This document shows positions 18,087 through 28,254 of a DNA stretch of 64,000 nt, one piece after another; positions within the stretch are counted from its first letter, which is position 1, and each line of letters starts with the position of its first letter. The notes under the pieces were generated by a model, which saw nothing but the letters and a program-made list of their open reading frames with translations, was not told the DNA's origin and did not search any database. Both the position numbers and the translations under genes were made by a program. This DNA comes from an uncultured Alphaproteobacteria bacterium (GTDB lineage: Bacteria > Pseudomonadota > Alphaproteobacteria > Rhodobacterales > Rhodobacteraceae), in the NCBI GenBank assembly GCA_902524845.1, contig CABZEW010000002.1:1160-65159 (forward strand), in the 5' to 3' direction.

Positions 18087-18312
18087 GTTGTAAATACCCC
18101 ATCTGCTGCACACTTCAAGAACATACTACGTGAGTACCCCCTATGTCCCACGCAAGGGTGGGGTAGACCAAACGGTAGACCAAAAGTGATTAATTTATGC
18201 TTTAATCTATGATATGCTGGTAAAAGAGTAGCCAAGAAAAGCTAACTATAGTTGGTAGAGCAACTGATTTGTAATCAGTGGGTCGGGAGTTCGAGTCTCT
18301 CTGGGGGCACTA
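18087..18312 (+). repeat. CBR4, full-length type 1 repeat with pseudo-tRNA-Thr
   Basis: GTTGTAAATACCCCATCTGCTGCACACTTCAAGAACATACTACGTG... 12-mers at 18162-18173 and 18174-18185. The tRNA segment at 18251-18312 ends CACTA instead of CACCA. The track ORF 18053..18235 lies inside this repeat and is judged spurious. Confidence 0.85.
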
Positions 18313-18433
18313 CAAAAAAAGCGAAATCAATCTAAAGATATTTTTCCAAAAAAATTGGGCTACACCGGGGGAAACATATTATGGAGAAACCATCTACAAA
18401 AACCATGCGCTTCCTAGTTTATAAATCTCTTGT

Positions 18434-19147
18434 CTAAGTTTTTGTAACCATAGCCTGTCCAGTGGGCAATTCACAAATGAAATAGTTTCTTTCTTTAAAC
18501 CATGCATGCTCTTTTAGAGCCTGAATTATTGCAATTTTATTACCATAGTCATCTAGTAAACATACAGACCCTCTGACCATTTTTTCAAACAAAACTTCTA
18601 ATGCACCAATCTCTCCTAAAGACGTGTTCAAATCTAAGTGCAGAAATGAAACCTTTGTTAGCGTGTCAGTTTCATTAAAAATTTCAGGTACTTTTCCCTT
18701 AATTATTTTGACGTTAGTCAGTCCCTTGAATCTTTCTTCAACTTTTTTGAGATTTGATTGATCTTCATATCTGTCGATTTTTGTCCTATTTTTGTCTAGT
18801 TGTTCTGCAGGAATACCTTCCCAAGTATCAAAAAGGTAGAGTTTCTTGCTTAATCTCCCAAAGTCTGTATATCTTGTTGCAACAGCTGAAGAAAAGCCTC
18901 TGTAGACACCACATTCAATAAGATCTCCTTCGAGTTTTAACCCATTGATAAAAGCCCATAAAAAAATATGAACTCGCCAAACGCGTATCTTTTCTCGCTT
19001 GTCTTCATATGTTTCTCTGTAAACCTTTGCAAACTTCTTATCCTTCATAAATAAAAGGTTTTGATCGAAGACACATAAGTTTTCTGCATGGAAAACCTCG
19101 CTTTCCATATTCTCTTTAAATCCTTTTATAATTTGTGATTTAATCAT
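18434..19147 (-). CDS. TylF/MycF-family class I SAM-dependent O-methyltransferase
   Basis: 237 aa. LIECGVYRGFSS (SAM-binding loop), LFDTWEGIP and LHLDLN motifs are typical of macrocin-O-methyltransferase-like proteins. Confidence 0.7.
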   Translation of the reverse strand: MIKSQIIKGFKENMESEVFHAENLCVFDQNLLFMKDKKFAKVYRETYEDKREKIRVWRVHIFLWAFINGLKLEGDLIECGVYRGFSSAVATRYTDFGRLSKKLYLFDTWEGIPAEQLDKNRTKIDRYEDQSNLKKVEERFKGLTNVKIIKGKVPEIFNETDTLTKVSFLHLDLNTSLGEIGALEVLFEKMVRGSVCLLDDYGNKIAIIQALKEHAWFKERNYFICELPTGQAMVTKT

Positions 19148-19233
19148 GCTTATCTCTTACCCCGCCAGATAACTCTTCTCAAATGAGCTTACAACAAATT
19201 TATAACAAGGAAATAGTAATTTACCGTATTTTA

Positions 19234-19420
19234 CCAAGAACGTACTACCCGTACATCCCTTATGTCCCCTGCGGGGGAGAGGTAGACCAAATTCTTTTAA
19301 ATGATGCGTAAATCTATGTTAAGCTATTAGAGAAGAAGCTAAGAAAAGCCAATAATAGCTGGAAGGGCAACTGATTTGTAATCAGTGGGTCGGGAGTTCG
19401 AGTCTCTCTGGGGGGCACCA
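19234..19420 (+). repeat. CBR5, type 1 repeat truncated at left, with pseudo-tRNA-Thr
   Basis: Starts at CCAAGAACGTACTAC and lacks the CCCCATCTGCTGCAC part. Single 12-mer GGTAGACCAAAT at 19281-19292. tRNA segment at about 19355-19420, with a perfect anticodon-to-T-arm match and one extra G. Confidence 0.8.
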
Positions 19421-19746
19421 CAAAAAAAATAGCTTATGAAAAAAGCGCACTGGCGGCAAATTTATTTTGGGTAGCTAATGGCATTCTCGTGGCACAGACT
19501 ATGATGCAAATTTAACCAATATATTGCTCTCAATTTTAGTTAGCTTGACCTATAGCCCTGGGGTATCTCATCTTTACAGATTTAGACTGGTTACATAATT
19601 ATTATGAGGACATAGTGTTGGAAGAAGTGAAACACTTTATTTAACAAGAATATTCAAGATGGAGGTACTGTCATATGTTATAATTGAAACTCTTGACATA
19701 AATCTTAATTGTATCGATGCTGATAAACCCAATTATGGTAGGTTTT

Positions 19747-20538
19747 ATGAAACTAATTGATCTCTCGGTTCCTCTTGATAATGACGTGCTTGCTGATCCC
19801 CCAAATTCCAGACCCTCAATACAGTATTTAGGGCATAGGGAAACTTTTGAGCGCTTAGAGCCACATTTTCCTGGCCTTAATCTGAAAGATATGCCGGACG
19901 GAGAGGCTTGGGCTATCGAGAAAGTAAGCCTTACTACCCATCATGGGACGCATTTGGACGCGCCTTGGCACTTTCATTCCACATCCAATCATGAGGTTAA
20001 AGAAGGAGGTGAGCGCTCTCGTACAATAGATGAAGTCCCTTTGGATTGGTGTATTAGACCTGGCATAAAGTTAGATTTTCGAGAGTTCCCAGACGGCCAT
20101 GTAGTTACAGTTAATGAAGTAAAAGAAGAACTTCTGCGAATTAATTACCAAATTCAAGCGTACGACATTGTTGTGATTAACACTAGTGCTGGGAAAAAAT
20201 ATGGCCAAAAAGACTATGTTTCATCTGGTAGTGGTATGTCCCGAGAAGCAACACTTTGGCTTATTGAACAGGGCGTTCGAATAACTGGAACAGATGCATG
20301 GAGCTGGGATGCCCCTTTTGTTCATACTGCAAGAAAAGTTTACAGAACAGGCGATAAGTCTTTAATATGGGAAGCCCATAAAGCGGGGCGTGAACGCGAG
20401 TATTGCCACTTAGAAAAGCTTCATAATCTTGAAGTCTTACCGTCTGTTGGATTTACAGTAATTTGTTTCCCAATTAAAATTACGAGAGCGTCAGCAGGAT
20501 GGGTTCGTGCTGTGGCGATAGTAGATCCTGATAATTGA
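19747..20538 (+). CDS. cyclase-family protein (kynurenine formamidase-like metal hydrolase)
   Basis: THHGTHLDAPWHF matches the H-x-G-T-H-x-D-x-P-x-H signature of the putative cyclase/arylformamidase family. Start taken at MKLIDLSVPL. Confidence 0.75.
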   Translation: MKLIDLSVPLDNDVLADPPNSRPSIQYLGHRETFERLEPHFPGLNLKDMPDGEAWAIEKVSLTTHHGTHLDAPWHFHSTSNHEVKEGGERSRTIDEVPLDWCIRPGIKLDFREFPDGHVVTVNEVKEELLRINYQIQAYDIVVINTSAGKKYGQKDYVSSGSGMSREATLWLIEQGVRITGTDAWSWDAPFVHTARKVYRTGDKSLIWEAHKAGREREYCHLEKLHNLEVLPSVGFTVICFPIKITRASAGWVRAVAIVDPDN

Positions 20539-20865
20539 CAAAAGCATAACCTATTTTGGACCTATATTAATACCACTAGCATTATAATGTTTAGCTACAC
20601 AAACTGCATAAGAAATGAAACCGTCGAGCCTAGAGAGGAAAGAAAATAAATCAAACACTTCAAGCAATTAATTGACTTCGGTCGGATTAGAAACATACTC
20701 TTGAGAGGATTTTTTTTTTGGCGGTATACTGAGTAAAAATATTTGTCAAAAAGTGAGTTACATACACTAGATATGCTTGTGTTTGTTTAGAAGCGAAAAA
20801 TATTGAGCCAACTCTTGAAAGATGAAGGGTAATCAGATGAAACATAAGCCAATAAGGTTATAAAA

Positions 20866-21723
20866 GTGAAACCACCAAACTTTCAATACAAACGACCCTT
20901 CTCTATCGATGAAGCATTGGCGATAATCGATAATTGCAAAGACCTAGATGTTCGTATTATTGCGGGTGGTCAAAGCCTTATACCAATGATGAATTTTCGA
21001 GTCGCAGTCCCAGAAGTTTTAGTAGATCTCGGTGCAATTCAAGGATTAACCACTATTCAAAAAGATAGTGACTTCTTGTATATTGGAGCTATGGCCACAG
21101 CTACGAGTGTAATGCAGAGTGATCTAATTTTAAGAAATGCTCCCTTAATACCACTAGCGTATGAGCATGTTGCACATCCTACAATTCGAAACCGAGGAAC
21201 TCTTGGAGGCAATCTCTGCCATTGCGATCCTGCGTCTGAAATGCCAATGGTAATGTCAGTGCTTCAAGCCAAGCTAATAGTCGCATCCACTAGGGGGGTC
21301 CGTTGCATCTCAGCAAAGGACTTTTTTAAAGATCTTTATACCACCGCTTTAGAACCCGATGAAATTCTTACTCAGATCAGAGTACCCTTTGCTTCTCATA
21401 GTACACGATTTGCTTTCGAGGAGATAAGTTTGCGTAAGGGTGACTATGCAATAGTAGGCATTGCAGGAAGTATTGAAACTAAGCAAGGTAGTTGTAAAAA
21501 TCTACGTATTGGTCTTTGCGGTGTTAGCAATGTTGTAGCCTGCTTTGATCAGTTTAGTGACCTAACCCAAGGATGTAGAGTAGAGAATATTCCTACAGAG
21601 AAGATTATTGAGAGAGTCAGATCTCAAATAAACTTTGAGTCTACTGCTTCGGTTAGTGCTGCCTATCGAAAGTATGCCACAGAGGGCTTAATCAGGCGTG
21701 TTGTTGATCGCTTACGAGGGTAA
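20866..21723 (+). CDS. xanthine dehydrogenase-family molybdoenzyme, FAD-binding medium subunit (CoxM-like)
   Basis: 285 aa with IIAGGQSLIPMMNFR and RNRGTLGGNL motifs. Confidence 0.85.
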   Translation: MKPPNFQYKRPFSIDEALAIIDNCKDLDVRIIAGGQSLIPMMNFRVAVPEVLVDLGAIQGLTTIQKDSDFLYIGAMATATSVMQSDLILRNAPLIPLAYEHVAHPTIRNRGTLGGNLCHCDPASEMPMVMSVLQAKLIVASTRGVRCISAKDFFKDLYTTALEPDEILTQIRVPFASHSTRFAFEEISLRKGDYAIVGIAGSIETKQGSCKNLRIGLCGVSNVVACFDQFSDLTQGCRVENIPTEKIIERVRSQINFESTASVSAAYRKYATEGLIRRVVDRLRG

Positions 21724-21730
21724 ATGGTTC

Positions 21731-22216
21731 ATGAAATATGACGTTAAAATGAAAGTTAATGGAGACCTTGTAGAAGAACAAGTTACTTCCCGAATGTTGC
21801 TATCGGATTTTATCCGAGATGTCTTAGGTTTAACCGGCACCCATATCGGTTGTGAGCACGGGGTGTGTGGCTCCTGTACAATAAAAATCGATGGCGTAAC
21901 GAATAGGGCTTGCCTTATTTTTGCTGTTCAGGCTAACGGTGCTGATATTTCTACAATAGAGGGTCTGAGTAATGAGGATGGATCTATGTCAATTTTACAG
22001 GAGTTGTTTAGTAAGCATCAAGCCCTCCAATGTGGGTTTTGTACTCCTGGGATTTTGTTAGCAGCGCAAGAATTTATCGATGGGCCAGGAGTTACTGTTG
22101 ATCGCGAGACAGTACGTGAAGTCATATCTGGCAACCTGTGCCGTTGCACTGGTTATGAGACAATTGTGGATGCAGTTGTTGAAGCAGCAGCTTTAAAAAT
22201 TGAGGGAGAATTATGA
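21731..22216 (+). CDS. (2Fe-2S)-binding small subunit (CoxS-like)
   Basis: CEHGVCGSCT and CGFCTPG...NLCRCTGY cysteine clusters. ATG at 21731. Confidence 0.9.
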   Translation: MKYDVKMKVNGDLVEEQVTSRMLLSDFIRDVLGLTGTHIGCEHGVCGSCTIKIDGVTNRACLIFAVQANGADISTIEGLSNEDGSMSILQELFSKHQALQCGFCTPGILLAAQEFIDGPGVTVDRETVREVISGNLCRCTGYETIVDAVVEAAALKIEGEL

Positions 22217-24621
22217 TCCCAAACCGTAAAAACAGTAGTTGGATCGGGGCTTCATTAGAGCGTCGGGAAGATCGTCGTTTGCTTAAGGGAAGGGGAAGGT
22301 TTGCTGACGATGTCTCCCTGCCAAGAATGGGCTATGTTGCCTTACTCCCAAGTCCTTATGCCAACGCTCGTATCAAGAAAATTGATCTTAAAGCTGCACA
22401 AGCATTATCGGGAGTATATCTAGTGGTTACGGGTGCTCAATTTGTCAAAACTGTGGGGCCTATGCCCACACGCTCTAATGCCCCAGTAGTTCAATACTGT
22501 ATCGCAGTGGATCGGGTTCGGCATGTTGGCGAACCTGTGGCAGCAGTTGTAGCGGTAAATAGGTATATCGCTGAGGACGCCGTCGAACTGATTGAAGTAG
22601 AATATGAGGAATATGATCCCGTTGTAGATCCGATGGCATCAATTAAAGCGACTGGTAATGGAGTGCTCCATCCAGATGTGGGAAGCAATGTAGTTCATAA
22701 AAGCGAACATTCATGGGGCCCGCTGTCACAAAATCTTAAAAAAGCTGCCCATATAGTAACCGAAAATTTTCGTTGGAACCGTGTCGCACCTCAACCAATT
22801 GAGACATGTGCGGCAGTAGCAGATTTTAATCCTGCTGGCGAATACTTTACAATATGGTCCAACATGTCGCAGCAAAGTATTATTGGCGGTAATTTAGCTA
22901 TTTCTCTTGGAGTACAAGAAACTCAAGTCAATTATCATTTATGTGACGTTGGAGGAAGTTTTGGGGGTAAGGCAGGATTATTTCATGTTCCTATGATTGC
23001 TGCAGGATTGGCTCGCTTGGCAAAGCGACCCGTTAAGTACGTAGAAGATCGAATGGAACATATGGCCAATGGAAATCAGAACGGCTCTGACAGAATATAT
23101 ACTGCTTCTTTGTCACTAGATTCTGATGGCAGGTTTACCGCAGTCATATTTGACGTAATCGATGATTTTGGCGCATATTTTATGATAAACACGGGATCGC
23201 ATGGGAACTCGTTGGCACAGGCCACTGGACCCTATGATATACCAGCACTTGGTTATAATTTAAAATGTGTTCTCACTAATAAGGTGCAACAAGCACCATA
23301 TCGCGGATTTGGCGGAGAGGTAGCTAACTTTGTGCTAGAGCGTCTTGTCGATGCAGCTGCCAAAAAGATGAATTGGGATCCAATTGATCTTCGGCGACGT
23401 AACTTCATTACAAAGGATAACTTTCCCTATCGCATACCTAACGGGAATATATACGATAGTGGAGATTATGAGAAAGTGTTGGAAAAAGCTCTCATGGCTG
23501 CAGACCTTCCATATTGGGAGTCAAAAAAGAAGTCCGCAATTCAAAAAGGAAAAAGGATTGGATGGGGGATATCCACAGTTAATGAAAGAAGTGTGCTATC
23601 GATGACTGAATTCTGGTTTTTAGATAAGTCTCCAAGATTTCCTCAGACTTCTAGCCCAGAAAGTGTTCAAATTCGGATTGCCTCCAATGGTCGTGCCGTG
23701 GTAACAATCTATGCACCACACTGGGGTAATAGCCCTGAAACGATGGCGGTTCAACTAGTTGCTGAAACACTTGGCATGCACCCCGATCATATAGAGGTCA
23801 ACTACGGTTCTACTGAAAATGGTATGATTTCCAAAGGTCCAGTAGGCAGCCGTTATACCGTGATGCTCGCAGGAGCGATTGCTGGTGCCTGTAAGAAGCT
23901 CAAAGATCGAATATTCACCTTTGCTGCACACATGCTAGAGGTTGAAAAAAATGAATTGGTGATTAGGGATGAGGTTGTTTCTAGTGCGTTTAGTAGCGGT
24001 AGTAGCCTCACATTCGCAGAGATAAGTCGCTTTGCGCATAATTTTCGATTGGAATTTCCAGCCGGTGAGGAGTATGCAAGCGGCCTAATAGCACAGTATA
24101 CTTATGATCATCCGTTAACAACATCTCCAAACCCGGACACCAATGACTTGGGAATTTTTTACCCAATCGTCGGCCATGCTTGCCATATTGCAATTGTCGA
24201 GGTAGACGAGATAACACTTCAAACAAAATTTTTAAAATATGTTGCTGTTCACGATGCTGGTACTATCGTAAATCCAAAAGCCGTTGCTGGTCAGATTCGA
24301 GGTGGGATTGCTCAGGGAATAGGAACTGCATTGTATGAGCGGGTCTACTATGATGACCAAGGACAATTGTTGACCGTGACCCTGGCCGATTACGCTATAC
24401 CTACTTCTTTAGAAATTCCTGATATTGTCATAGATCATGTTGAGACACCCTCTCCTTATACAGAATACGGCATCAAGGGCTGCGGAGAGGGAGGTCGGCT
24501 TGCAGCAATGCCTGCTATTGCGGCTGCAATTGATAATGCTTTCAAGGATAAAGGACTTTTCATTCGAGAATTACCTGTCACTCCATCTTTTTTGTATGAT
24601 AATTTGCATATCGATGACTAG
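22213..24621 (+). CDS. molybdopterin-binding large subunit of an XDH/aldehyde oxidase-family hydroxylase
   Basis: 802 aa with an ATGA overlap onto the small subunit. The active-site loop reads QQAPYRGFGGE, which matches neither CODH signature (AYxCSFR or AYRGAGR). Confidence 0.85.
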   Translation: MIPNRKNSSWIGASLERREDRRLLKGRGRFADDVSLPRMGYVALLPSPYANARIKKIDLKAAQALSGVYLVVTGAQFVKTVGPMPTRSNAPVVQYCIAVDRVRHVGEPVAAVVAVNRYIAEDAVELIEVEYEEYDPVVDPMASIKATGNGVLHPDVGSNVVHKSEHSWGPLSQNLKKAAHIVTENFRWNRVAPQPIETCAAVADFNPAGEYFTIWSNMSQQSIIGGNLAISLGVQETQVNYHLCDVGGSFGGKAGLFHVPMIAAGLARLAKRPVKYVEDRMEHMANGNQNGSDRIYTASLSLDSDGRFTAVIFDVIDDFGAYFMINTGSHGNSLAQATGPYDIPALGYNLKCVLTNKVQQAPYRGFGGEVANFVLERLVDAAAKKMNWDPIDLRRRNFITKDNFPYRIPNGNIYDSGDYEKVLEKALMAADLPYWESKKKSAIQKGKRIGWGISTVNERSVLSMTEFWFLDKSPRFPQTSSPESVQIRIASNGRAVVTIYAPHWGNSPETMAVQLVAETLGMHPDHIEVNYGSTENGMISKGPVGSRYTVMLAGAIAGACKKLKDRIFTFAAHMLEVEKNELVIRDEVVSSAFSSGSSLTFAEISRFAHNFRLEFPAGEEYASGLIAQYTYDHPLTTSPNPDTNDLGIFYPIVGHACHIAIVEVDEITLQTKFLKYVAVHDAGTIVNPKAVAGQIRGGIAQGIGTALYERVYYDDQGQLLTVTLADYAIPTSLEIPDIVIDHVETPSPYTEYGIKGCGEGGRLAAMPAIAAAIDNAFKDKGLFIRELPVTPSFLYDNLHIDD

Positions 24622-24722
24622 CATTATTACCTTGTGTTACGAGATGAAATCTTAGCAAAAATCGTAAAGTCAAGCAAAATAAGAAAAGAGAAGATAACAA
24701 GCTACTATCTAAAATTGCGGTT

Positions 24723-24917
24723 CATCTGACCTGCTTCCCCAAGAATATACTACGTGCACATTCCCTGTGTCCCATGCGTGGGAGGGCTAGACAAAACGGT
24801 AGACAAATATGTGCGTCTTGACATGAATTACACTTTATCTAACATAGTGATATTGCTTACGTCGATGTAGTCATTGGTGCAGGTACTGAGCAATTAACTC
24901 TCTCTGGGGGCGTCACA
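24723..24917 (+). repeat. CBR6 (type 2)
   Basis: CATCTGACCTGCTTCCCCAAGAATATACTACGTGCACATTCCCTGTGTCCCATGCGTGGGAGG GCTAGACAAAAC GGTAGACAAATA ... ATTGGTGCAGGTACTGAGCAATTAACTCTCTCTGGGGGCGTCACA. The right flank (AAAATAATTGAT...) is also shared with CBR9. Confidence 0.75.
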
Positions 24918-25233
24918 TTATCAATGACTTGGAAAATAATTGATCTAACTGTCTGTCAGCATTGGGTTTCTGGTGGCACGGACTATGGAGCTACATAACG
25001 AATATATTACCCTATATTTGCTGTCATGTGACCTGTACACCAGGGCACCCCACTTATCTAATTAGGATCCCTGATAGTATTTTGTGATATGAATCGCGCT
25101 CAAGAAATTGTTGGGAATTTAATCTTTTTAAGTTTTTTATAATATGAAGTATTTTGTCACAATTTTGATAAAATTTTGTATTACTTTTTATTTCTTCTGT
25201 TAATTTATATTTTTATGTGGAAAGGGAGTTCTA

Positions 25234-27027
25234 ATGAGATTATTGTCTTTTTTAAAGTGTACAATTATATCTTTATTTGTACTTAGTGCAGCTTATGCTG
25301 GCGAGCTAACATTATTGCATATCAATGACCATCATTCACATTTGAGGGCAGACTCAAGAATGTCTTTAACCATCGGTGGTGAAAAAACGAGGGTGCGTTC
25401 TGGTGGCTTTCCCGCGGTAGTCAATATGTTTAATTTATTATCGGAAGGAAAGAATAATGTTCTAAAACTTCATGCTGGCGACGCAATAACTGGTGATTTA
25501 TATTTCACTCTTTTTAAAGGCGAAGCCGATGCTGCATTAATGAACGAGGTGTGCTTTGACGCTTTTGCAATTGGAAATCACGAATTTGACGAAGGGGATT
25601 CTGGATTAGCTAAGTTTCTAGATTTCTTAAATGAAGGTGACTGTAAAACTCCTGTGCTTGGGGCAAATATTATTCCTGAGGTGGGAGTTTCACCATTGGC
25701 AAAAAAAACAGTTAATGACTACATCAAACCCTATACCATAATAGAAAAAAATGGGCTCAATATTGGTATTATTGGGATTAACATCGTTGGGAAAACTGTG
25801 ATTTCTTCAAGTCCTAACGCTACCACGCAATTTATTGGTGAGAAAGAAACAGCTCAGAGGTATATAAATGAGCTTAAATCTAAAGGAATTAACCACATAG
25901 TTTTGCTTACGCATTTTCAATACAAAAATGATCTTAATCTAGCAAAAGAGTTGTCGGGAGTAGATATCATTGTTGGAGGAGACTCGCATTCTCTTTTAGG
26001 AGATTTTTCTAAGGTTGGGCTGAATTCGCAGGGCTCTTATCCCACTATAGTTAAAAATAATGATGGTAATATTGTTTGTGTAGTTCAGGCTTGGCAATAT
26101 AGTCAAGTTGTCGGGGAATTGAATGTTGAGTTTGATAAAATGGGTAATATTAAGTCATGTGAAGGGACGCCACATTTGATGCTAGCAGATACGTTTAAAA
26201 GGAAAAACGCAGATGGAGAAAGAGTTGAAATTGAGGGTGAGGCGAGAACTGCAGCTTTGAACGCTATTAGAGAAAACCCTAGCCTTAATTTGATTTCTGA
26301 AGATCCTGAAGCAGCGGTAATACTGAAAAAGTTCTCTTTAAAAGTGGATGAGTTAAAAACGCGAACAGTAGGTGAGGTGGTGACAGACCTTTGTTATGAG
26401 AGAATACCGGGTCAGGGAAGGTCAAAATTATGTGATGTGTCCAAGACGGCAAAGAATGGTTCGGATATTTCAAATATAGTGGCTCATGCATTTAGAGAAA
26501 TGACAAGAACTTCTGAAATCGCGATTCAAAATGGTGGTGGAGTGAGAATTGATGTTCCGAAAGGTGATTTTTCTATCGGTACCGCATATATGCTTCTTCC
26601 ATTTGCAAACACTATTGTTGAGTTAGAGATGACGGGTGCTGAAATTTCACAGGTACTTGAGGAAGCACTAGATTGGGCTCTGAATCCAGATGGTTCCACC
26701 GGAGCATATCCTTATGCAGCAGGGTTAAGATGGGATATTGATGCTAGTAAATCTATAGGATCTAGGTTTACTAATATCCAATTTAAAGGTCCAGGTGAGA
26801 GTAAGTGGAGTAATCTTGATTTGAGTAGAACCTACAAGGTGGCAACCAACAATTATATTGCTGCTGGTAAAGATGGATATAAAATGTTCGGAGTAGTTTC
26901 AAAGTCGGGTAGAATGGTAGATACTTATCTTGATTATGCTCAGAGTTTTGTGAATTACGTTAAAAAATATAAATCGATTGACAAATTGCCCTTGGATGAT
27001 TACTCGACGCAATCTTATAAACAGTAG
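25234..27027 (+). CDS. secreted bifunctional 5'-nucleotidase / UDP-sugar hydrolase family protein (UshA/NadN-like)
   Basis: Signal peptide, metallophosphatase motifs (HINDHHSH, GDAITGD, GNHEFD) and a C-terminal 5'-nucleotidase domain. Confidence 0.85.
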   Translation: MRLLSFLKCTIISLFVLSAAYAGELTLLHINDHHSHLRADSRMSLTIGGEKTRVRSGGFPAVVNMFNLLSEGKNNVLKLHAGDAITGDLYFTLFKGEADAALMNEVCFDAFAIGNHEFDEGDSGLAKFLDFLNEGDCKTPVLGANIIPEVGVSPLAKKTVNDYIKPYTIIEKNGLNIGIIGINIVGKTVISSSPNATTQFIGEKETAQRYINELKSKGINHIVLLTHFQYKNDLNLAKELSGVDIIVGGDSHSLLGDFSKVGLNSQGSYPTIVKNNDGNIVCVVQAWQYSQVVGELNVEFDKMGNIKSCEGTPHLMLADTFKRKNADGERVEIEGEARTAALNAIRENPSLNLISEDPEAAVILKKFSLKVDELKTRTVGEVVTDLCYERIPGQGRSKLCDVSKTAKNGSDISNIVAHAFREMTRTSEIAIQNGGGVRIDVPKGDFSIGTAYMLLPFANTIVELEMTGAEISQVLEEALDWALNPDGSTGAYPYAAGLRWDIDASKSIGSRFTNIQFKGPGESKWSNLDLSRTYKVATNNYIAAGKDGYKMFGVVSKSGRMVDTYLDYAQSFVNYVKKYKSIDKLPLDDYSTQSYKQ

Positions 27028-27104
27028 GTAACATTTTAAAGAAATTAATTAAATTGCCACTGAGTTTACTCTGGATGCTAATCTAAATGAGCACTTATAA
27101 AACT

Positions 27105-27133
27105 GTGAGAGGTGACTTTAAGTTACCTCTCAC
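27105..27133 (+). terminator. hairpin downstream of the 5'-nucleotidase gene
   Basis: GTGAGAGGT (27105-27113) pairs with ACCTCTCAC (27125-27133). Poor U-tail. Confidence 0.3.
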
Positions 27134-27168
27134 TTACAATAAAATCTATCTTCAAATAGGAGATAACT

Positions 27169-27393
27169 ATGTCAGAAAATTCGCAATTGAATAAAACTTA
27201 TGCGCTGTTAAAAGAAGTGTATGGGCCGCTTGAAAACTTATCTCAAACTCAATGGTCGCAAATTGAACTGGGCGTAAAAGCATTAATGAAAGAATATGGG
27301 CCTGATATCCCTCTTGACACTCTGAAAGCTATGAAGCATACCTATGATAACTACTACGCTGAAAAAGATGTAGCTTTGGATTATCGGAAATGA
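27169..27393 (+). CDS. hypothetical protein (74 aa)
   Basis: ATG preceded by AGGAG. No recognisable family. Confidence 0.45.
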   Translation: MSENSQLNKTYALLKEVYGPLENLSQTQWSQIELGVKALMKEYGPDIPLDTLKAMKHTYDNYYAEKDVALDYRK

Positions 27394-27766
27394 AAATGAC
27401 GTGAGTTTATCGTAAGAGAGAGGTGGCCGAGGGGCCCACTCCTATCACACCCCCGGGACCCCACCCTTCTGGCCAATTATCTTATAACAATACTGCTTCC
27501 ACCTGAGTGCTTCAGTAAGGACCATTTTCCAAAACCCACTTGCTGAAAACCTCGAAAGCTTTCCTGTTATTTCCCTGCGTTTGGACACCTTTTATGAACT
27601 CTCTAAACTCAGTCATAATTTTATTTTATACGATCTTGTTTATTTCTTTCTCTTCTTGTTTGTTTATTCAATTTTCTTAAAAAAAATAAGATAAAAAACT
27701 TTGTTTAAGTTTAAGTATTAATATGCTAAGTCCTCATTGGCTTAATACAAAGTATTATTGAAATTT

Positions 27767-28219
27767 ATGAATTCAAAAAAATTAATGGAAACTTATTTGA
27801 TTGAGGTTGGTCAGAATGGTAGGCTTGACTTGATCGAAACCATAACCCAGCCAGATATGATTGATGAAGCGAATAGGGCATTTGGTGGTCCACTTGGAAG
27901 AGATGGTCTTATAGCGCATGTAAAAACATTTCGGCGACAAGTATTAGACCTAAAGGTGGATATACAAAAGATAGTTGGAAATAAAGATGAAGTAATGGCA
28001 CATTGGTCTTTTACCGGTATTCACAATGGCCCCTGGTTGGGGTGTGAGGCGACCGGTAAAAAGATCTCGGCTGATGTCTTTAGCTTTTTTACTTTAAAGG
28101 AAGGTCTCATCAGTTATTATCGTTTATGGCTACATGCTAAGTTTGATAAACCAATAATATTTGATTCCTCAAATCTAAAAAAGGGAGTCGATAGGATATC
28201 ACCAACAATCAAAATATAA
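27767..28219 (+). CDS. SnoaL-like ester cyclase family protein
   Basis: NTF2-like fold signature of predicted ester cyclases (GRDGLIAHVKTFRRQVLDLKVDIQKIVGNKDEVMAHWSFTGIHNGPWLG). The ATG at 27767 is preferred over the track's TTG at 27758. Confidence 0.65.
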   Translation: MNSKKLMETYLIEVGQNGRLDLIETITQPDMIDEANRAFGGPLGRDGLIAHVKTFRRQVLDLKVDIQKIVGNKDEVMAHWSFTGIHNGPWLGCEATGKKISADVFSFFTLKEGLISYYRLWLHAKFDKPIIFDSSNLKKGVDRISPTIKI

Positions 28220-28254
28220 ATTTTTAGAGCTACTAAGGTAGTATTGGTGATCTG

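Noticed and set aside
18053-18235. Track ORFs lying inside repeats or module B (18053..18235, 39478..39702, 15292..15504, and the N-terminal 56 codons of 13375..15396)
   Set aside because: They translate repeat DNA that recurs in noncoding contexts, lack SD sequences, and in the cyclase case a well-placed internal Met matches the paralog's N-terminus.
22213-24621. Aerobic carbon monoxide dehydrogenase (coxL)
   Set aside because: The active-site loop lacks both CODH signatures, so only the generic XDH-family assignment is kept.
27394-27620. A GC-rich patch (GGTGGCCGAGGGGCCCACTCC...CCCCCGGGACCCCACCC) in an AT-rich spacer, as a possible structured RNA or repeat copy
   Set aside because: No convincing hairpin or similarity to the CBR family. 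The minus strand holds a 34-codon fragment (MTEFREFIKGVQTQGNNRKAFEVFSKWVLENGPY), so it is more likely a remnant of a foreign gene.
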